Positions 18,784 to 33,360 of a stretch of DNA of 64,000 nt are shown in pieces; the first letter of the stretch is position 1, and each line of letters opens with the position of its first letter. The notes under the pieces are model-generated. The model did no database searches and was not told the DNA's origin. It worked only from the letters and a program-made list of their open reading frames with translations. The position numbers and the translations under genes are program-made. The stretch is from the NCBI RefSeq assembly GCF_009914755.1, contig NC_060930.1; one strand, written 5' to 3'. This DNA is from the human T2T-CHM13v2.0 reference genome, Homo sapiens.

Positions 18784-20271
18784 GAAAGGATCCATCAGGC
18801 CATATTCAATAATCAATAATGAATGACATATTAATAGACTAGATAATGCAAAACTGAACACCACAAACATGATAAGGAATGGTCATCCTCATTTTATCTT
18901 GCATCTGCTTTCAAATCAAAATGCAGTTGCACCATTATATCTGTAATTTCATTAAAAATTAGGCATAATCACTGAAAATCTCTATGTGTGAACAATAGAT
19001 CTTCATGTTTATGCAAAAATTCTTTCTTCTCTTCAACCACAGTTGCCATAACAAACTCTCAAAGGTTCTGTTTCTTTTACTATGATACAAACAATACAAC
19101 ACTGATACAGTCATAGAACAGTGATATAAAAATAACAAGCCTTATGGTTTTATGAACTACTAGTCTTGAACAGACACTTAAGAACTTATAAATTTATATT
19201 TAGTGATAAACAAGAAAATAAAGAAAAGAAAAGCAATACATAGAAAATAAATCTGAATGCCAAATGAAATACATAAATAAACATAAAATTTAAATTCCTG
19301 CCTAACGAAGCATGCAAATAACTAATATTAATAAAATTATTTTAAAAGTAGATGTGTTCTTGAAAAATTAAATGTAGTAAAAGAATAACCTTTGTAATTG
19401 TCTATTTAATACTCTCAACAGTTATTAGAAAGGAGATCTTAACATTTACTACTCTTTCATCCTATAAAGCAAACATTTTACTTTTGAAACAGCAATAAGC
19501 AAATTATTTAAAAATATTTTCCACATAAAATTTTTCTAGTCTAATTAGACAGTAGAAAGTAAAATGACTCCAAGCAGAGAAAAGCTTTGCCACTAGGAAC
19601 TTCAAGAGATTATCTGTTCTTTTGTTTTCTTTTTTAATTCTAGCTTTTGAAATGGGGGAAAGGGGACAGGGACTTGCTTATTTTTTTTAATCAAGCACAA
19701 TTTCCTAAAATCACTCAAGAGTGATTCTTTGCATGTTCTTTCACTAGATCCTAACTATACACAACTGACTCCCTCTAAGGGAAATGTACAGAGTTCCAGA
19801 CACAGACAAGCAGAAAATAAAGAAAGACAACATACTATTTCAACAGGAAAAGTAAACATGAGAAATTTGTCAAAGAAGAGAATGCATTATTATTTTTGCC
19901 AATTGGGCAGAAAAATAGGCAATTAGACAAGAATATATCAGGAAATGTTATCACTCCACAAATGAGCAATTTTAGAGTGGTCTTTCCCATCTACTTATAT
20001 ACACAGATAACCTATTCCCTGAAAATAAGGGGAAAATAATTATGAAACATAAAAAGCAGCTTCTCAGACTAAGCAAGTAATAACAGAGCTTTGTAGTTTA
20101 AAATATTGTCTGTCTAGCAGATTTGGTACAAACTTTCCAAAACATCTACTAAAATGCCTATGAAAAACATCGTATAAAAACATTAAACTTCAGAGCAGGA
20201 CAAAAAGTCAGTAACTACCAGAATTTTAAGGTGATAGATCTGTACCAGAAAGTTTTAGAAAGTATTATAAT

Positions 20272-20392
20272 TAGCCAGGCACAGTGGTATACGCCTGCAG
20301 CTCAGCTACTTGGGACACTGAGGTGAAAGAATTGCTTGAGCCCATGAGTTTGAGACCAGCCTGGGCAATACAGCAAGACTCTGTCTCTATTA

Positions 20393-20396
<4 letters not shown>
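20272..20396 (+). mobile_element. Alu monomer (FLAM-like)
   Basis: Single arm ending agaccagcctgggcaatacagcaagactctgtctc. Confidence 0.8.
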
Positions 20397-20450
<54 letters not shown>

Positions 20451-20512
20451 AGATTTACATATATATATATATAAGATTTACATGTATATATAAGATTTAC
20501 ATATATATATAT
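20397..20512. repeat. Perfect (CA)23 followed by (TA)n interrupted by three ataagatttac units
   Basis: Read directly; CA run spans 20397-20442. Confidence 0.92.
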
Positions 20513-20644
20513 GATTTACTACTCCAAAGGAAGTTATCTGGGACAATAAATCTTTAGGTTCACCATATGAAAGTATGAATTCTCTTTAGTATGCATTATA
20601 TGATTTTCTTAAATTTCCCTCTGAAATGACATATGAATGAGATT
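20513..20644 (+). repeat. 132-bp direct repeat, copy 2, embedded in (TA)n
   Basis: 128/132 identical to 18652-18783; TA repeats on both sides. Confidence 0.95.
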
Positions 20645-20874
20645 TATATATATATATAATTGATGACACTTTATAATAAATTCCAAAAAGTAGAAAAGTG
20701 CAGATAATATTCTCTCATGTCACTATAATAAAAATTTTTAAATTAAGAATAAACTCAGAAAATAAAGACTCTTCCACTAGAAATTTTAAAACTCTCACAA
20801 TCCTGGGAAAGATGAAAAAATAAACCAAAACCGCAAAACCCTTACTAACATGACAAATAAATTATCAGATATTT

Positions 20875-21169
20875 GCCAGCTGTGGTGGCTCACGCTTGTA
20901 ATCCCATCACTTTGGGAGGTCAAGGTGGGCAGACTGCTTGAGCTCGGGAGTTCAAGACCAGCCAGGGGAACACGGTGAAACCCCATCTCTACAAAAGATA
21001 CAAAAATTAGCCGGGCATGATAACACGTGCTTATAGTCCCAGCTACTCAGGAGGCTAAGGCGGGATGATTGCTGAAGCCAAGGAAGTCAAGGCTGCAGTG
21101 AGTTGTCATCAAACCACTCCACTCCACTAGGTGACAGAACAAGATCCTATCTCTAAAATAAAATAAAAA
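20875..21169 (+). mobile_element. AluJ element
   Basis: Diverged dimer with J-type gcttgagc and caaggctgcagtgag. Confidence 0.9.
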
Positions 21170-21267
21170 CAGAACTAGGCTTGGCTTAGGAAAAGAGCAG
21201 AAATAAAAAATTAATCTAAAAGTTCATGGGAGGAGAAAAAAATTAAATAGCTATCACATTTTTAAAA

Positions 21268-21302
21268 ATCAGTTCTCAACTTCTTGGCTAAGATCAAGTG
21301 CA
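21268..21302 (+). pseudogene. 3'-truncated U2 snRNA retro-fragment (first ~35 nt)
   Basis: atcagttctcaacttcttggctaagatcaagtgca versus U2 5' end ATCGCTTCTCGGCCTTTTGGCTAAGATCAAGTGTA: 28/35 identical with a 17-nt exact core. Follows tttaaaa and precedes an A run. Confidence 0.75.
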
Positions 21303-21399
21303 AAAAAATACCCCCCAAAAAAAAGAAAGAAGAAACTTCAGGTATTTTAATAAATGGATATTGCACTCAAAGGGAGAGAAAAATTTAAATGTACCAATT

Positions 21400-23485
21400 T
21401 TCACATAGGAAGTGAAAAAGATATTAACCCAAACCCAAAGCACTACAATCCAAATAATTCCGTGGAGGAATTCCTCAAAAACCTAAAAAAGCAGGTAATT
21501 CCAATGTTTTTATTAAAACTGCTCTGGCCGGGCATGGTGGCTTACCGTGTAATCCCAACACTTCGGGAAGCCAAGGCCAGAGCACAGCCTTGAGCCTAAG
21601 AGTTCAAGACCAGCCTGGTCAAACATACTGAGAGGCACTATCTCCACAAAAAATTTTAAAATTAGCTGAGTGTGGTGGCACGTGCCTGTAGTCCCAGCTA
21701 CTCGGGAGGCTGAGGCAGGAGGATCACTTGAGCCCAGGAGTTCAAGGCTGTAGTGAGCTATAATTGTGTCACTGCACTCCAGCCTGGGTACCAGAGCAAG
21801 GCCCTGTCTTAAAACAACAACAACAACAAAAAAAAGCTCTAGAACATATTTTTTTAAACCAAGTTTTTTTATTACACTGATGAAAACAGAGTATAACAGA
21901 GTGTACCACTGATGAAAAAGTTTCCAAAGATTTACAACATATCAAGATTATTTATAAACATCAATGCAAAAATCCTTTAAAAAAGTTAGAAAAAAAAACT
22001 GGGCAGTACAATTTTTAAAATAATATATTAAGACAAAGTAGGGCTTATCCCAGGAATGAGAGAATGATTCAACATCAGGAAATATTTTCATATAATTCCT
22101 GAGATAAACAGATCTAAACAGAAAAAAAAATAGTATTCGATCTATAGTAGATGAAAAGCCATTTGACCAAACTGAACACCCATTCTTGGTTAAAAATAAA
22201 ACAAACGCATACTTGTTTCACCTGATAAAACAGATCTCAGAATTAAAGGCAGTATATCATACTCTGAAGAAACACCAGAAGCATTCCCACTCAAATCAGG
22301 AAAAAAGAATCCCCATAACTACTGCCACAATTTAAAACTGTATTTATGTATAATCAAACTAGACAAAAGTTAATGTATGAAAAATCCAATAAGTAAAAAT
22401 ATCACTATTTACACTTAATATGAATACCTAAAAAAATTGCAAAATTATTGCAAGCAATAACAAAAGTAAGAGAGTTCGATAAATAAGATTGTATGTCAAA
22501 ATTATCAGCTTTCAAGTTTAAAACCTAACCATGTATAAAAGGCATCTATCCTAGAGTCCTATAGCTAACATCATATTTAATAGTTAAAAACAAAATTTTC
22601 CTTCCCTATAGATGTGGAAGAAGACAAGGCTGTTCACTCTCACTGCTTCCATACAACATTAAACAATAGATTCTAGTCAGTGCAGTAAGGCAGGAGAATA
22701 AAATTAAAAGCATCCAAGTTGGAAAGGGAAAAGTAGCACCTTTTTCACTTATATAGTTGTCTATGTAATAATTTTGATGAAATTCACAAAAAATTATTAG
22801 TATAATAATTGAGTTTAGCAAGACTGTAAGATAAAACATCAAAATACAAAAATCAACGTACTCCTTTGGGGAAAAAAGTATATTTCTATATACTACCAAT
22901 AGTCAGAAACGGAAATTTTACAAAGACTTTTATGACAATATCAAAAAGTATGAAATAAATCTGAAAAAAGATGAGCAAAATCTCATGCTTAAAACTACAA
23001 AAATTGCTGAGAGACAATAAAGAAGACCTACATAAAAGAAAATATATGCCAGGTTGATGAACTAGAAAACTTGGCATTGTTATGATGTTAGTTCTTCCCC
23101 AAAATTGACCTATATATTCATTACAATTCCAACCAAAATCCCAGTAGGCTTTTTTGTAGAAATTGACAGCTAATTATAAAATTCACATGAAAATGCAAAG
23201 GCCTAGAATAGCCAAAACAACTTAGAAAAGAACAACAAAGTTGGAACATTAATACTATCTGATTTCAAGATTTACAACAACCAAAAATAATCAAGACAGT
23301 ATGGTACTTGAGTAAAGACAGCCAAATAGATCAAGAGAACTGAACAGACAGTCTAGAAACAGAACCAGACATACACAACAAACTTCATTTTTTATGAATG
23401 TGCAAAAGTAATTCAATGAGAAAAGGATAGTCTCTTCAACTGGTATAGAAACAACTGAATATCTATATGCAAAAAAAAAAAAACC
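21400..23485 (+). mobile_element. Old L1M ORF2 fragments (at least two), Alu-interrupted
   Basis: L1-like gggcttatcccaggaatg...ttcaacat; gaagaagacaaggctgttcactctcac; attccaaccaaaatccca; gaaaaggatagtctcttcaac. Confidence 0.75.
21526..21835 (+). mobile_element. AluJ element with (CAA)n tail
   Basis: Dimer with ggatcacttgagcccaggagttcaaggctg. Confidence 0.9.
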
Positions 23486-23703
23486 ATGTCAACAGACTAA
23501 AAATAACCCAAATGTCTATGACTATGATGTTAGCTAAGTTATGGCATACTGATACAATGAAAATCTGTGCAACTGTTAAAGAGAAATGAAGATGATCTAA
23601 TCTCTGTGTACCTATACTGGAGTGAAGAGACTTAAGAGATACTGTCAAGTTTTTTTTAAAGAAAAAAAGAAAACGACAGAACAGTGTATTAAAAAATCAC
23701 CAT

Positions 23704-24001
23704 GCTGGTCATGGTGTCTCATGCCTGTAATCTCAACACTTTGGGAGGCCGAGGCAGGCAGATCGTTTGAGCCCAGGAATTTGAGACCAGCCTGGTCAAT
23801 ACAGCAAAATCCCATCACTCAAAAAATTAAAAAATTAGCTAGGAATGGTGGTTCCGGTCTATAGTTCCAGCTATTCAGGAGGCTGAGTTGGGAGGATTGT
23901 TTGAGTCTGGGAGGTCAAGGATGCAGGGAGCCATGATCGCACCACTGCACTCTAGCCTGGATGACAGAGCAAGACTCTGTTTCGAAAAAAAGAAAAAAAA
24001 A
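23704..24001 (+). mobile_element. AluJ element
   Basis: Diverged dimer with A tail. Confidence 0.9.
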
Positions 24002-24810
24002 TCATCACTTTATGGAGATAGTAAGAATATAAATAAATGTGTTTATTTATTGCTAAAGAAATTCTGGATGGATACACTAAAAGCTAACAGCAATGGTTAC
24101 TGAGAAGGTGATAAATGGATGGGGAGCTTTCAGAGAAACTTTTTACTGCATGTTTTTAAAGTTTTGTTAGTCATATATAGTCTGTTCAAATAATTCTTTT
24201 TGAATTGGCCTTCAAACTGGAAATGTAAATAGAATCGCAATTTGAAAAACAGCTTGTTATTACTATTTTGGATGTTGTATTCTGACTGTATATTAAAGTT
24301 AAAAACTGAACAATTATCCCTTTATTGTGTTTAACAGATCAAATTAAACAAAACAAAGAGTTATAGAGCAATATTAATAAATTCCTAAAATCAGAATCAT
24401 CTTTGAGATTTTAAAGATACACATATGAAATTCTATTATTTTTCTACAAAATTAGTATGCATGTTTTATAGCTGTAAATTTTGTTTAAAACTTCATAAAA
24501 GCTACCATTCTTAAAATAAATGATCTATACTTCCCTGAAAATGCTGTAAGGTTCGTAATATCACTATTTTACCATCCCATTAGCAAAGATAAAAATCTCC
24601 ACAGCAATAACCTGTCAATTGTAGTTATTATCCTATAACTGGTGTTACTAAGGTCTTACATGTTATGCCAATTCTGCTATAAAGTGTGTTTTCCTTTTGT
24701 ATTCTACAACCGAAAATACTTCAGTAAGAGACATTAAGGACAAAAAACAATAATAAGAACTGAAAGTGAGGAGAGGAGACTATTCAAAATTCTAAAAATT
24801 AGAATTGCTT

Positions 24811-25111
24811 TTATTATTTATTTATTTCGAGACAGTGTCCCACTCCGCCACCCAGGCTGAAGTACAGTGGCACAATCTTGGCTCACTGTAGCCTCAAACT
24901 CCCAGGCTCAAGCAATCATTCCACCTCCGCCTCCTGAATAGCTGGAACTACAGGCATGTGCCACCATGCCCGACTAATTTTCTAGTATTTTTTGTAGAGA
25001 CAGGGTTTTGCCATGTTGCCCAGGCTGGTCTCGAACTCTTGGGCACAAGCGATCCAAGTGCCTTGGCCTTCCAAAGTGCCAGGATTACAGGTGTGAGCCA
25101 CCACGCCTAGC
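24811..25111 (-). mobile_element. AluJ element with TSD
   Basis: Reverse dimer; agaattgctttt on both flanks. Confidence 0.9.
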
Positions 25112-27203
25112 AAGAATTGCTTTTAAAAAAGAAATATCCTATGATTTTAAGGAATTACATAAGCTAAGTATAAAGAAAAACATAGTAAGAACACTGTCTT
25201 TCTAGTGAAAAACTACATAACAAGTTGTTCCACATAATTGTTTCAAATCCCTAAAAAATAGTTCTGATATTACACATTAGCAAATATTTCTAAGCAGTAC
25301 TGATTTGACTAATGAAATTATACTATCTAAACACATTTTCTTAAATGCTGAACTCTGAATTATGACAGCACAACCTGTGAAATTCATTTTTTAAAAATGA
25401 ACACAAACCAAAGGAATCTGGCTTTTGCCCAACTTTTATACTGTATTTACAATTTAGAAAATGTTCTCATAAGAGAACACAGTTTCAGTTAATAGACTTC
25501 CACCGTGGACAGAGCAGATGGTTAAATATTAACTTTATCTTTACCCAACCTATTGGACAGGGCACAGTAGTACACAGGCTCTTGTAGGTACCCCCTTAAT
25601 ATCCCTGCTGCCAAAACAGACACAAAAGGCAAGCAGTGAACAGTCGAAAGATCATAGCGGCAGAGGTCAACCAAAATTCCCATGCCAAGCAGGTGTTACA
25701 CAAAATCATAATAAAAGTAGGATGATTACTCTGTATTTGTTGAATGAAAAAGATAGCCACTCAATAGTGCTAGGATTACTTACAGCTAATATCATATCCA
25801 AAGACTGACACCAAATTAAGCAGACTAGAGTAGGAGCAGGTGAAGAGTTTAAAACATGATTGCATATGTTGCTATATTTTTGTACAATTCTATCATAACC
25901 ACCCTCCTCCCAAAAAATATAAATTATTTGGGTACTATTCCCTGGGTTGAATGTAAACAGACCATGGTTCTTCATGGCCACCAATTTTTCAAATGCCCTA
26001 AACCAGGCATATAAAACACTGGTTTAGAAAATAAAATCCCACCACAATGCAACTTCTTGGATGCCACGTGCAATTTTAATGTAAAAGTACTCATAACCCA
26101 GTATCAAAGCTGAACTATAAATTCAACTCACAATAGAGAAATATAAAAAGAGCAAATGCCTCCCAAAGTTTCTGAATCTGTGAAGCTACAAACCTGATTC
26201 TGGAATATGACAAATTTCACAAAAGGTGTAACATTCCTTCAGGCTTCTTAGGAAATAGCCAGCTGGCCTTCTTCTGAATGCCAAATGTGCCCCCTTATCC
26301 CTTCTAAAACTTCTAAAACATTTCAAATGTTTATCAGTATACAATCAAGCATGGGACCATGTGGTATGCAGGCTCAAAATACATTTAAATTCTGATAAGG
26401 AGAGCAGAGCTTTATGACTGCCAACTAACATATCTATGAATTAGAACCATCAATCGGTTTGCTAAGAAAGTTAACCACTACCAAAAGCAAGAATGTCTTA
26501 CGAATATTCAAAACTGCAGACAAATTATAAAACAAGGAAGAAAGGAAAACGGGAAGTCAGAGAAGAAAAACAAATTAAAAGGTGGGTTCAATAAATCAGA
26601 CATCCTAACACATAACAGGCACACAGAAAACACCATGTATAGTTTATATACAAAGAAATAAGAATCTCACCAAAAGCACAAATGAGAAATGGAGAAAAGT
26701 CTTAGGAAATAGTCAATATGCAGTTTATATGTCTTAAAAAAAACAGAAATACCAAGGTACAATTGCTTTTAAACACTAGATCTGGTAAATATCCCACTGA
26801 AAACAAACTATGCAGCAGCAATAACAGTAGTACCAGTAATAACAGTAGTCATATGAGTGATACTAAAAATAATAACAAAGAAAAAAAAGAGAATGAAAAG
26901 GAAAATGGAGAAGATGAGGCATAAACAGAATTAGTATGTTCATGTGAGAACACAGGGCATGAAGAAGAGACAGTGAATAGAAGAAACTGGATGCTAAATA
27001 GACTATGCAAACAGAAGACAATTCCCTGAAGGAATGGAAGAGTAAAAATAGAGCATCTAAATGTAATCATCAGACAAAATCATAGCAATATTAGAACATA
27101 ATATAAAAACATTTTAGAGATGAAGGGCTTCTTAAGCAAGACAGAAAACCAGAAGATGCAAGAAATATTCTGCCAAATTTAACTACATAAAAATGAACTT
27201 TTC

Positions 27204-27517
<314 letters not shown>

Positions 27518-27579
27518 CTCATACTCACCTTCCCATTACAATACACTGCCTTGCCTACAGATCAAAAAAAAAAAAAAAA

Positions 27580-28269
<690 letters not shown>

Positions 28270-28326
28270 TTAGTATATGATTCATTTTAAGTGGAAACAA
28301 CAAAAATACTAAAAGAAAACCTTCAA

Positions 28327-28392
28327 TGTATGTGTGTGTGTATATATATCTATATATATATCTGTATATATATATACATACACATATATATA
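28327..28392. repeat. (TG)n/(TA)n compound microsatellite
   Basis: Read directly from the sequence. Confidence 0.85.
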
Positions 28393-28770
28393 AATGTATC
28401 TTTTTAATAAGAGTACGTACCAAACACTTTACCTTCAGGATGTGTAGGAGCAGGCCTAATGATTTTCATTCAATACAGTTCTATGTTGCTTATAGCTTTT
28501 TAAAAAACGTAGTATGACCAATGACCATGAAACAAAAACTATTATGAGAAAAAGGGAAACAGCCTAGTTTCAGGTGCCACCACTGAGAATCTTATTCAAG
28601 AGAAAAAGCCTAGGAGTCGTACCATGTTTGGCCAAAACAGCGCTATACCCAATTCGAGTATTTTCTGACAAAGTCAAGACAACTGGGCAGCAAAATGTCA
28701 TTCATATTCATCTTGTAAGCTGAATTATGAGACATTATTAGCACTAATTTAAAAAAAAATTAAACTTTAC

Positions 28771-28935
28771 CTTTCTTGAAGTACAGATGTCAAAAAACGG
28801 CTTATTTCTGACGCTAAATGGTTCCTGTGTTTTGTCAATGAGCCCAGTCTTCATTTTTTCGTGTCGAGGACTTATAATTTCTCGTTCTATACACTGCAGA
28901 CGAACATTAAAATCACAATCTCCAACGGGCTGTGA
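28771..28935 (-). CDS. RNGTT: mRNA capping enzyme coding exon (probably exon 11), 165 nt: [55 protein letters not shown]
   Basis: Acceptor tctttatttaattcag|TCA and donor AAG|gtaaag, phase 0-0. Open for 55 codons and continues the previous exon in frame. Confidence 0.97.
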
Positions 28936-29219
28936 CTGAATTAAATAAAGAATTAGTTAAATTTCAACACTAACAACTATTTTATCAGCATAATTATCAA
29001 GGCTGCCACAATGTACATAATAGTCTGTGTAAACAGCATCCTCTGGAGTTATTCAGTGCACAGCGTGCACAAACATATATACCAACCCTAATAATTAGTT
29101 TGACTAACAATACAACTATCTAAACACACAAAGAGACTTATTTTAAAATACAACTGTATAAAACAGTATGAGAAAGTGGCACAATTCTACTGTAAGTTGA
29201 TCGAAATATTTCACATCTA

Positions 29220-29367
29220 GGCCGGGTGTGGTGGCTCACACCTGTAGTCCCAGCACTTTGGAAGGCTGAGGCAGGAGGATCACATGAGCCCAGGAGTTTG
29301 AGGCTAGCCTGGGCAACAGAGCAAGACCACCACTTCCAAATTTTAAAAAATAAAAAATAAAATAAAC
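29220..29367 (+). mobile_element. FLAM_C-like Alu monomer with TSD
   Basis: Single left arm plus A tail; atttcacatct on both flanks. Confidence 0.88.
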
Positions 29368-30878
29368 AATTTCACATCTGAATTAAAGTATTAATATACT
29401 TACTATTTATAGGTACAGAATCATTTTAAAATAGAAAAAATATATACTCACTAGTCTTTTTTAATTATTTATATAAATTAGTTGAAACCCTTTAACAGTA
29501 CCCTATTACAGTATAAAAACTAAAATCCACAGAATTCAGAAAAGTACAAGCGAGTAACACACCAAAATAGGTCGCACAGTTACCTACAATGTTTTTTGTT
29601 GTTTAAAGTGCTAATGCTATAGACATCAGCAAGTAGAAGACATGTATCAAATACACCCTCAACTCTGGAAGCTAACACAGAAGTTTACATAATATGTTCA
29701 AAGTTATACAGTTATAAAGAAATAGTACTCTCCCTCAAATACACTTTCCCTTGAATGTTCTTAAAGCATATATGGTTTGAACTGTGAAATAAAAAGTACA
29801 TGAACACTTTTGTATGAATTGAGGATAAGTCTCGTCCTATCCATGTGGCATATACAAACACAGTTATAACATATTATCTGGTTGACAGTAACCATCCAGA
29901 TTAGTAATTATCGCTTCAATGGCACATAAGCTACTCTTTTATTTTGCAACTGGACACACCTTAAGTGCATTTTTCCCCCATCTTTTCTGTCTTTTTCCTC
30001 TTCTCCAATGTATATTCTCCAACCTAACATTTACTCAACCTAATGTTTACATAGGGGTGGCAGCACTTGCTTAAGGAGTAAACATTAAATATACCTTGGG
30101 GATGTCTTTTTCTCAACTTTAGAAGGATGACAACTTTGATATTCAGCAAAGAATAAGGAGAGAGACAAAGTGAGTGAGAGGTATGAGGTAGCACACGTTC
30201 TCTTTACATAAAGGCATACAACCATCTGTAAAGGATATTTATTGGGGAAATGCTAGTAAATAACCATACAGTCCATGTGTCATCTCTTCTATGCAATCAA
30301 CATCATCAACAAGGTTGAAAAATCTAAAACGTTAGGCTGGTTTATTAGAGTTATTAAAAGAATTCAGACACCTATAAAATTAAAGTAGAATAAGTAAGCC
30401 CTCTTTTATGTTCTAAAAAAAAAAAAAGTCTAACAACTGTTAAAACATATGTAAATGTCTAAATTCCCTCCTAGAAGCTTTCTACCTTTATACATAAATT
30501 CACCAAACTTCAAGAATAGACTGAAAGCAAGTTCACCTTCAAATCCACAATGCCTATGGGCAAAGTTAAGCTCTCAACAGATAGGTGTTGAATTACTGAG
30601 AAGAGACTACAGGAAACACTCAATAATTATTGACTAGCTTGTCTCCCTGTTTTCAGTTCTTACTCCCTTCAAAACACTATCCATGCTGCCACTAGTTATC
30701 TTTCAAAATAGTAAAAGTATATTCATATCATTACTATAATGAAAACCCTTTAACAATGCCTTATTACATAAAGAACTAAGTTAAAATGCCTTATTCAAGT
30801 AATCTGGCCCTCTACTTAACAATCCATTCTCATTTTTTGCTATGTCCCACACCTTACCATCCGTCAAGTATACTAGCA

Positions 30879-31194
<316 letters not shown>

Positions 31195-32169
31195 CTAACA
31201 AACCATCTAATGCTCCTGACCTCCATGACTCAATCCTTCAAAACTAATTTGTGTCACTTTCTCGGTCTGCAATTCCATGCTTCAGTGACTCAACTATACC
31301 CAGGGAAGTTGGAATACTCTCACCTCTCTAATACCACTATATCTTTTATATACCTTTGTTATGTTTATGATTTTAAAGTTATAATTATTTCTTTACATTT
31401 ATATTTCATCAATAGTCTGCAAATTTGCTTTAATTTTATATCCAATCTAAACACATATCCTAACAAATACATTAAAAAATGCCTGTTTTTTAAAAATGTG
31501 TATACATACACAACTGTAAAATATTACAAAATGTTACGTTTTTAATGTAAAATGTTATAAAACTGACAAAATAAAATATTAAATTTTTTTTTAAGTTCTC
31601 CTGTGTTCTTCCCAAATTCCAATGAAACGCTGTGCAAATGGCCTTCTTTGGAAGCCAGTACACTAGCATGTGAATTCTTTAAAGGCAAGAAATTATGTCT
31701 CATTCATCTTTGTATACCCAGTACATATGTACTTGACATATAAAAGATGATCGATGCTGAGAGTCAGAGGGTGAAAAAAAAAGATGATTGATGAAATTCT
31801 TTCTGGACAAGCTAATAAACTAAGGGACTGAAAAGATTTTAAATATTATTTCAAAAAAATTCTTTTTCTAACAGTGGCCCTGATTTGGTGATACAAAATA
31901 AATAATATTGTTAATCATCCATAAAGACTCCATAGTAAATTAAAGAATTAAATATACGATACTTTCAATTATAAATGCATCCCAATATCAGAAATGTAAA
32001 AATATACGTGGCTTAAAATCATAAAATATGGTAATAGGCACACAATAAATATGTATTGAATAAACAATTATTGACCTAAGGACAAAAAGCATAACAATCA
32101 TTTTTAGAATAAAATATAGATTAATTTCTTAAACAAAACAAAAAGTATAATATTTGGGAAGGTCTGATG

Positions 32170-33360
32170 AGATTGACTTTATTAAAATTTAAAGCTTCTG
32201 TGCATTAATAAACACTGATTTGGAAAACATATTGCCACACATATAACCAGGAAAGGACTAGAATCTAGGAAAGATAATTGACTCCTACATATTAAGAAGA
32301 AAAAAAAGAGACAGAAAACCAAATAGAACAAACTTGCAATTAAGTTACAAAAGAAAAATACAAACAAATAAAAATAAACCTCAGAAATATGTCCAACTTC
32401 ATTGGTAATCAGGGAAAAAAACAGACAACCAAATAGGAAAAACAGAAGATTGTATTATAAGATTATACAAACTTGCAATTAAATCATATAAATTCCAAAC
32501 AAGTAAAAAAAAAAAATAAGAAATATGTTAAACCTTGTTAGTAATCAAGGAAAAGCAAATTAAAACAGGATGATACCATTTCACACACATCAAATTGGTA
32601 ATAATATAAATGTGTGATAAAACGAACTTTGGCAAACTGAAACAACTATTTCTGAGAGAAATTTAGCAATGCAGATAATATAGCTGAAGCTGCTGATTTA
32701 ATCACCATCTCCATGATACACTAATGACGGAACAGAGTTTTTAAAAACACTTCCCAGGTAATTACATTCCAAGAATGAGAACAACTGTCCTAGCGAAATT
32801 TTCATGTGCGCACAAGAAAAAAACATAAAATTGTTCAATATAGTAGTAATATAAAAGCAAAAAATGGAAACCTTAATGTTCATCAAAAGGAAAAAGGATA
32901 AATTCTGTATATTTATACAATTTAATACTCAATGGTAATTAAAGTGAATGAACTAAATCTAGACATATTAGTACAAATAAATCTCAACATTATCTTGTTG
33001 AGCAAAGGTCAGCAAAGGTATAGTACAATAACATTTATATAACACCAGAAACCTTGCAAAAGAATATCATATATATTTCATGGATACACACATAGGTAGT
33101 AAAAGTATCTGAAACATTCATGGGAACAATAAACACACCAAATTCAGGGTAGAGGCTGATTCTGGGCAAGAGATTTGAGATTAGGAGAGAGGTGTAACTA
33201 AGAAACTTCTATTGGATTCGTAATGAATCATGTCTTATTAAAAAGAAAGTGGACCAAAAGTATGAAGTTTTAACAAATCTAGCTGGTCAGTACATGAGTA
33301 TTCCTTACATTATTTTTCAGACTCTTCTATATGGTGAAATTTTTCATATTTTTAAAAAGT
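32170..33360 (+). mobile_element. L1ME-type 3' region fragments
   Basis: gtaatcaaggaaaagcaaattaaaaca...gataccatttcacac; aatggaaaccttaatgttcatcaaaagg; tatttcatggatacac. Confidence 0.65.

Noticed and set aside
26718-27070. Low-complexity ORFs (SSNNSSTSNNSS, KEKKENEKE)
   Set aside because: Decayed trinucleotide and purine-rich sequence; no splice signals or recognisable domain.
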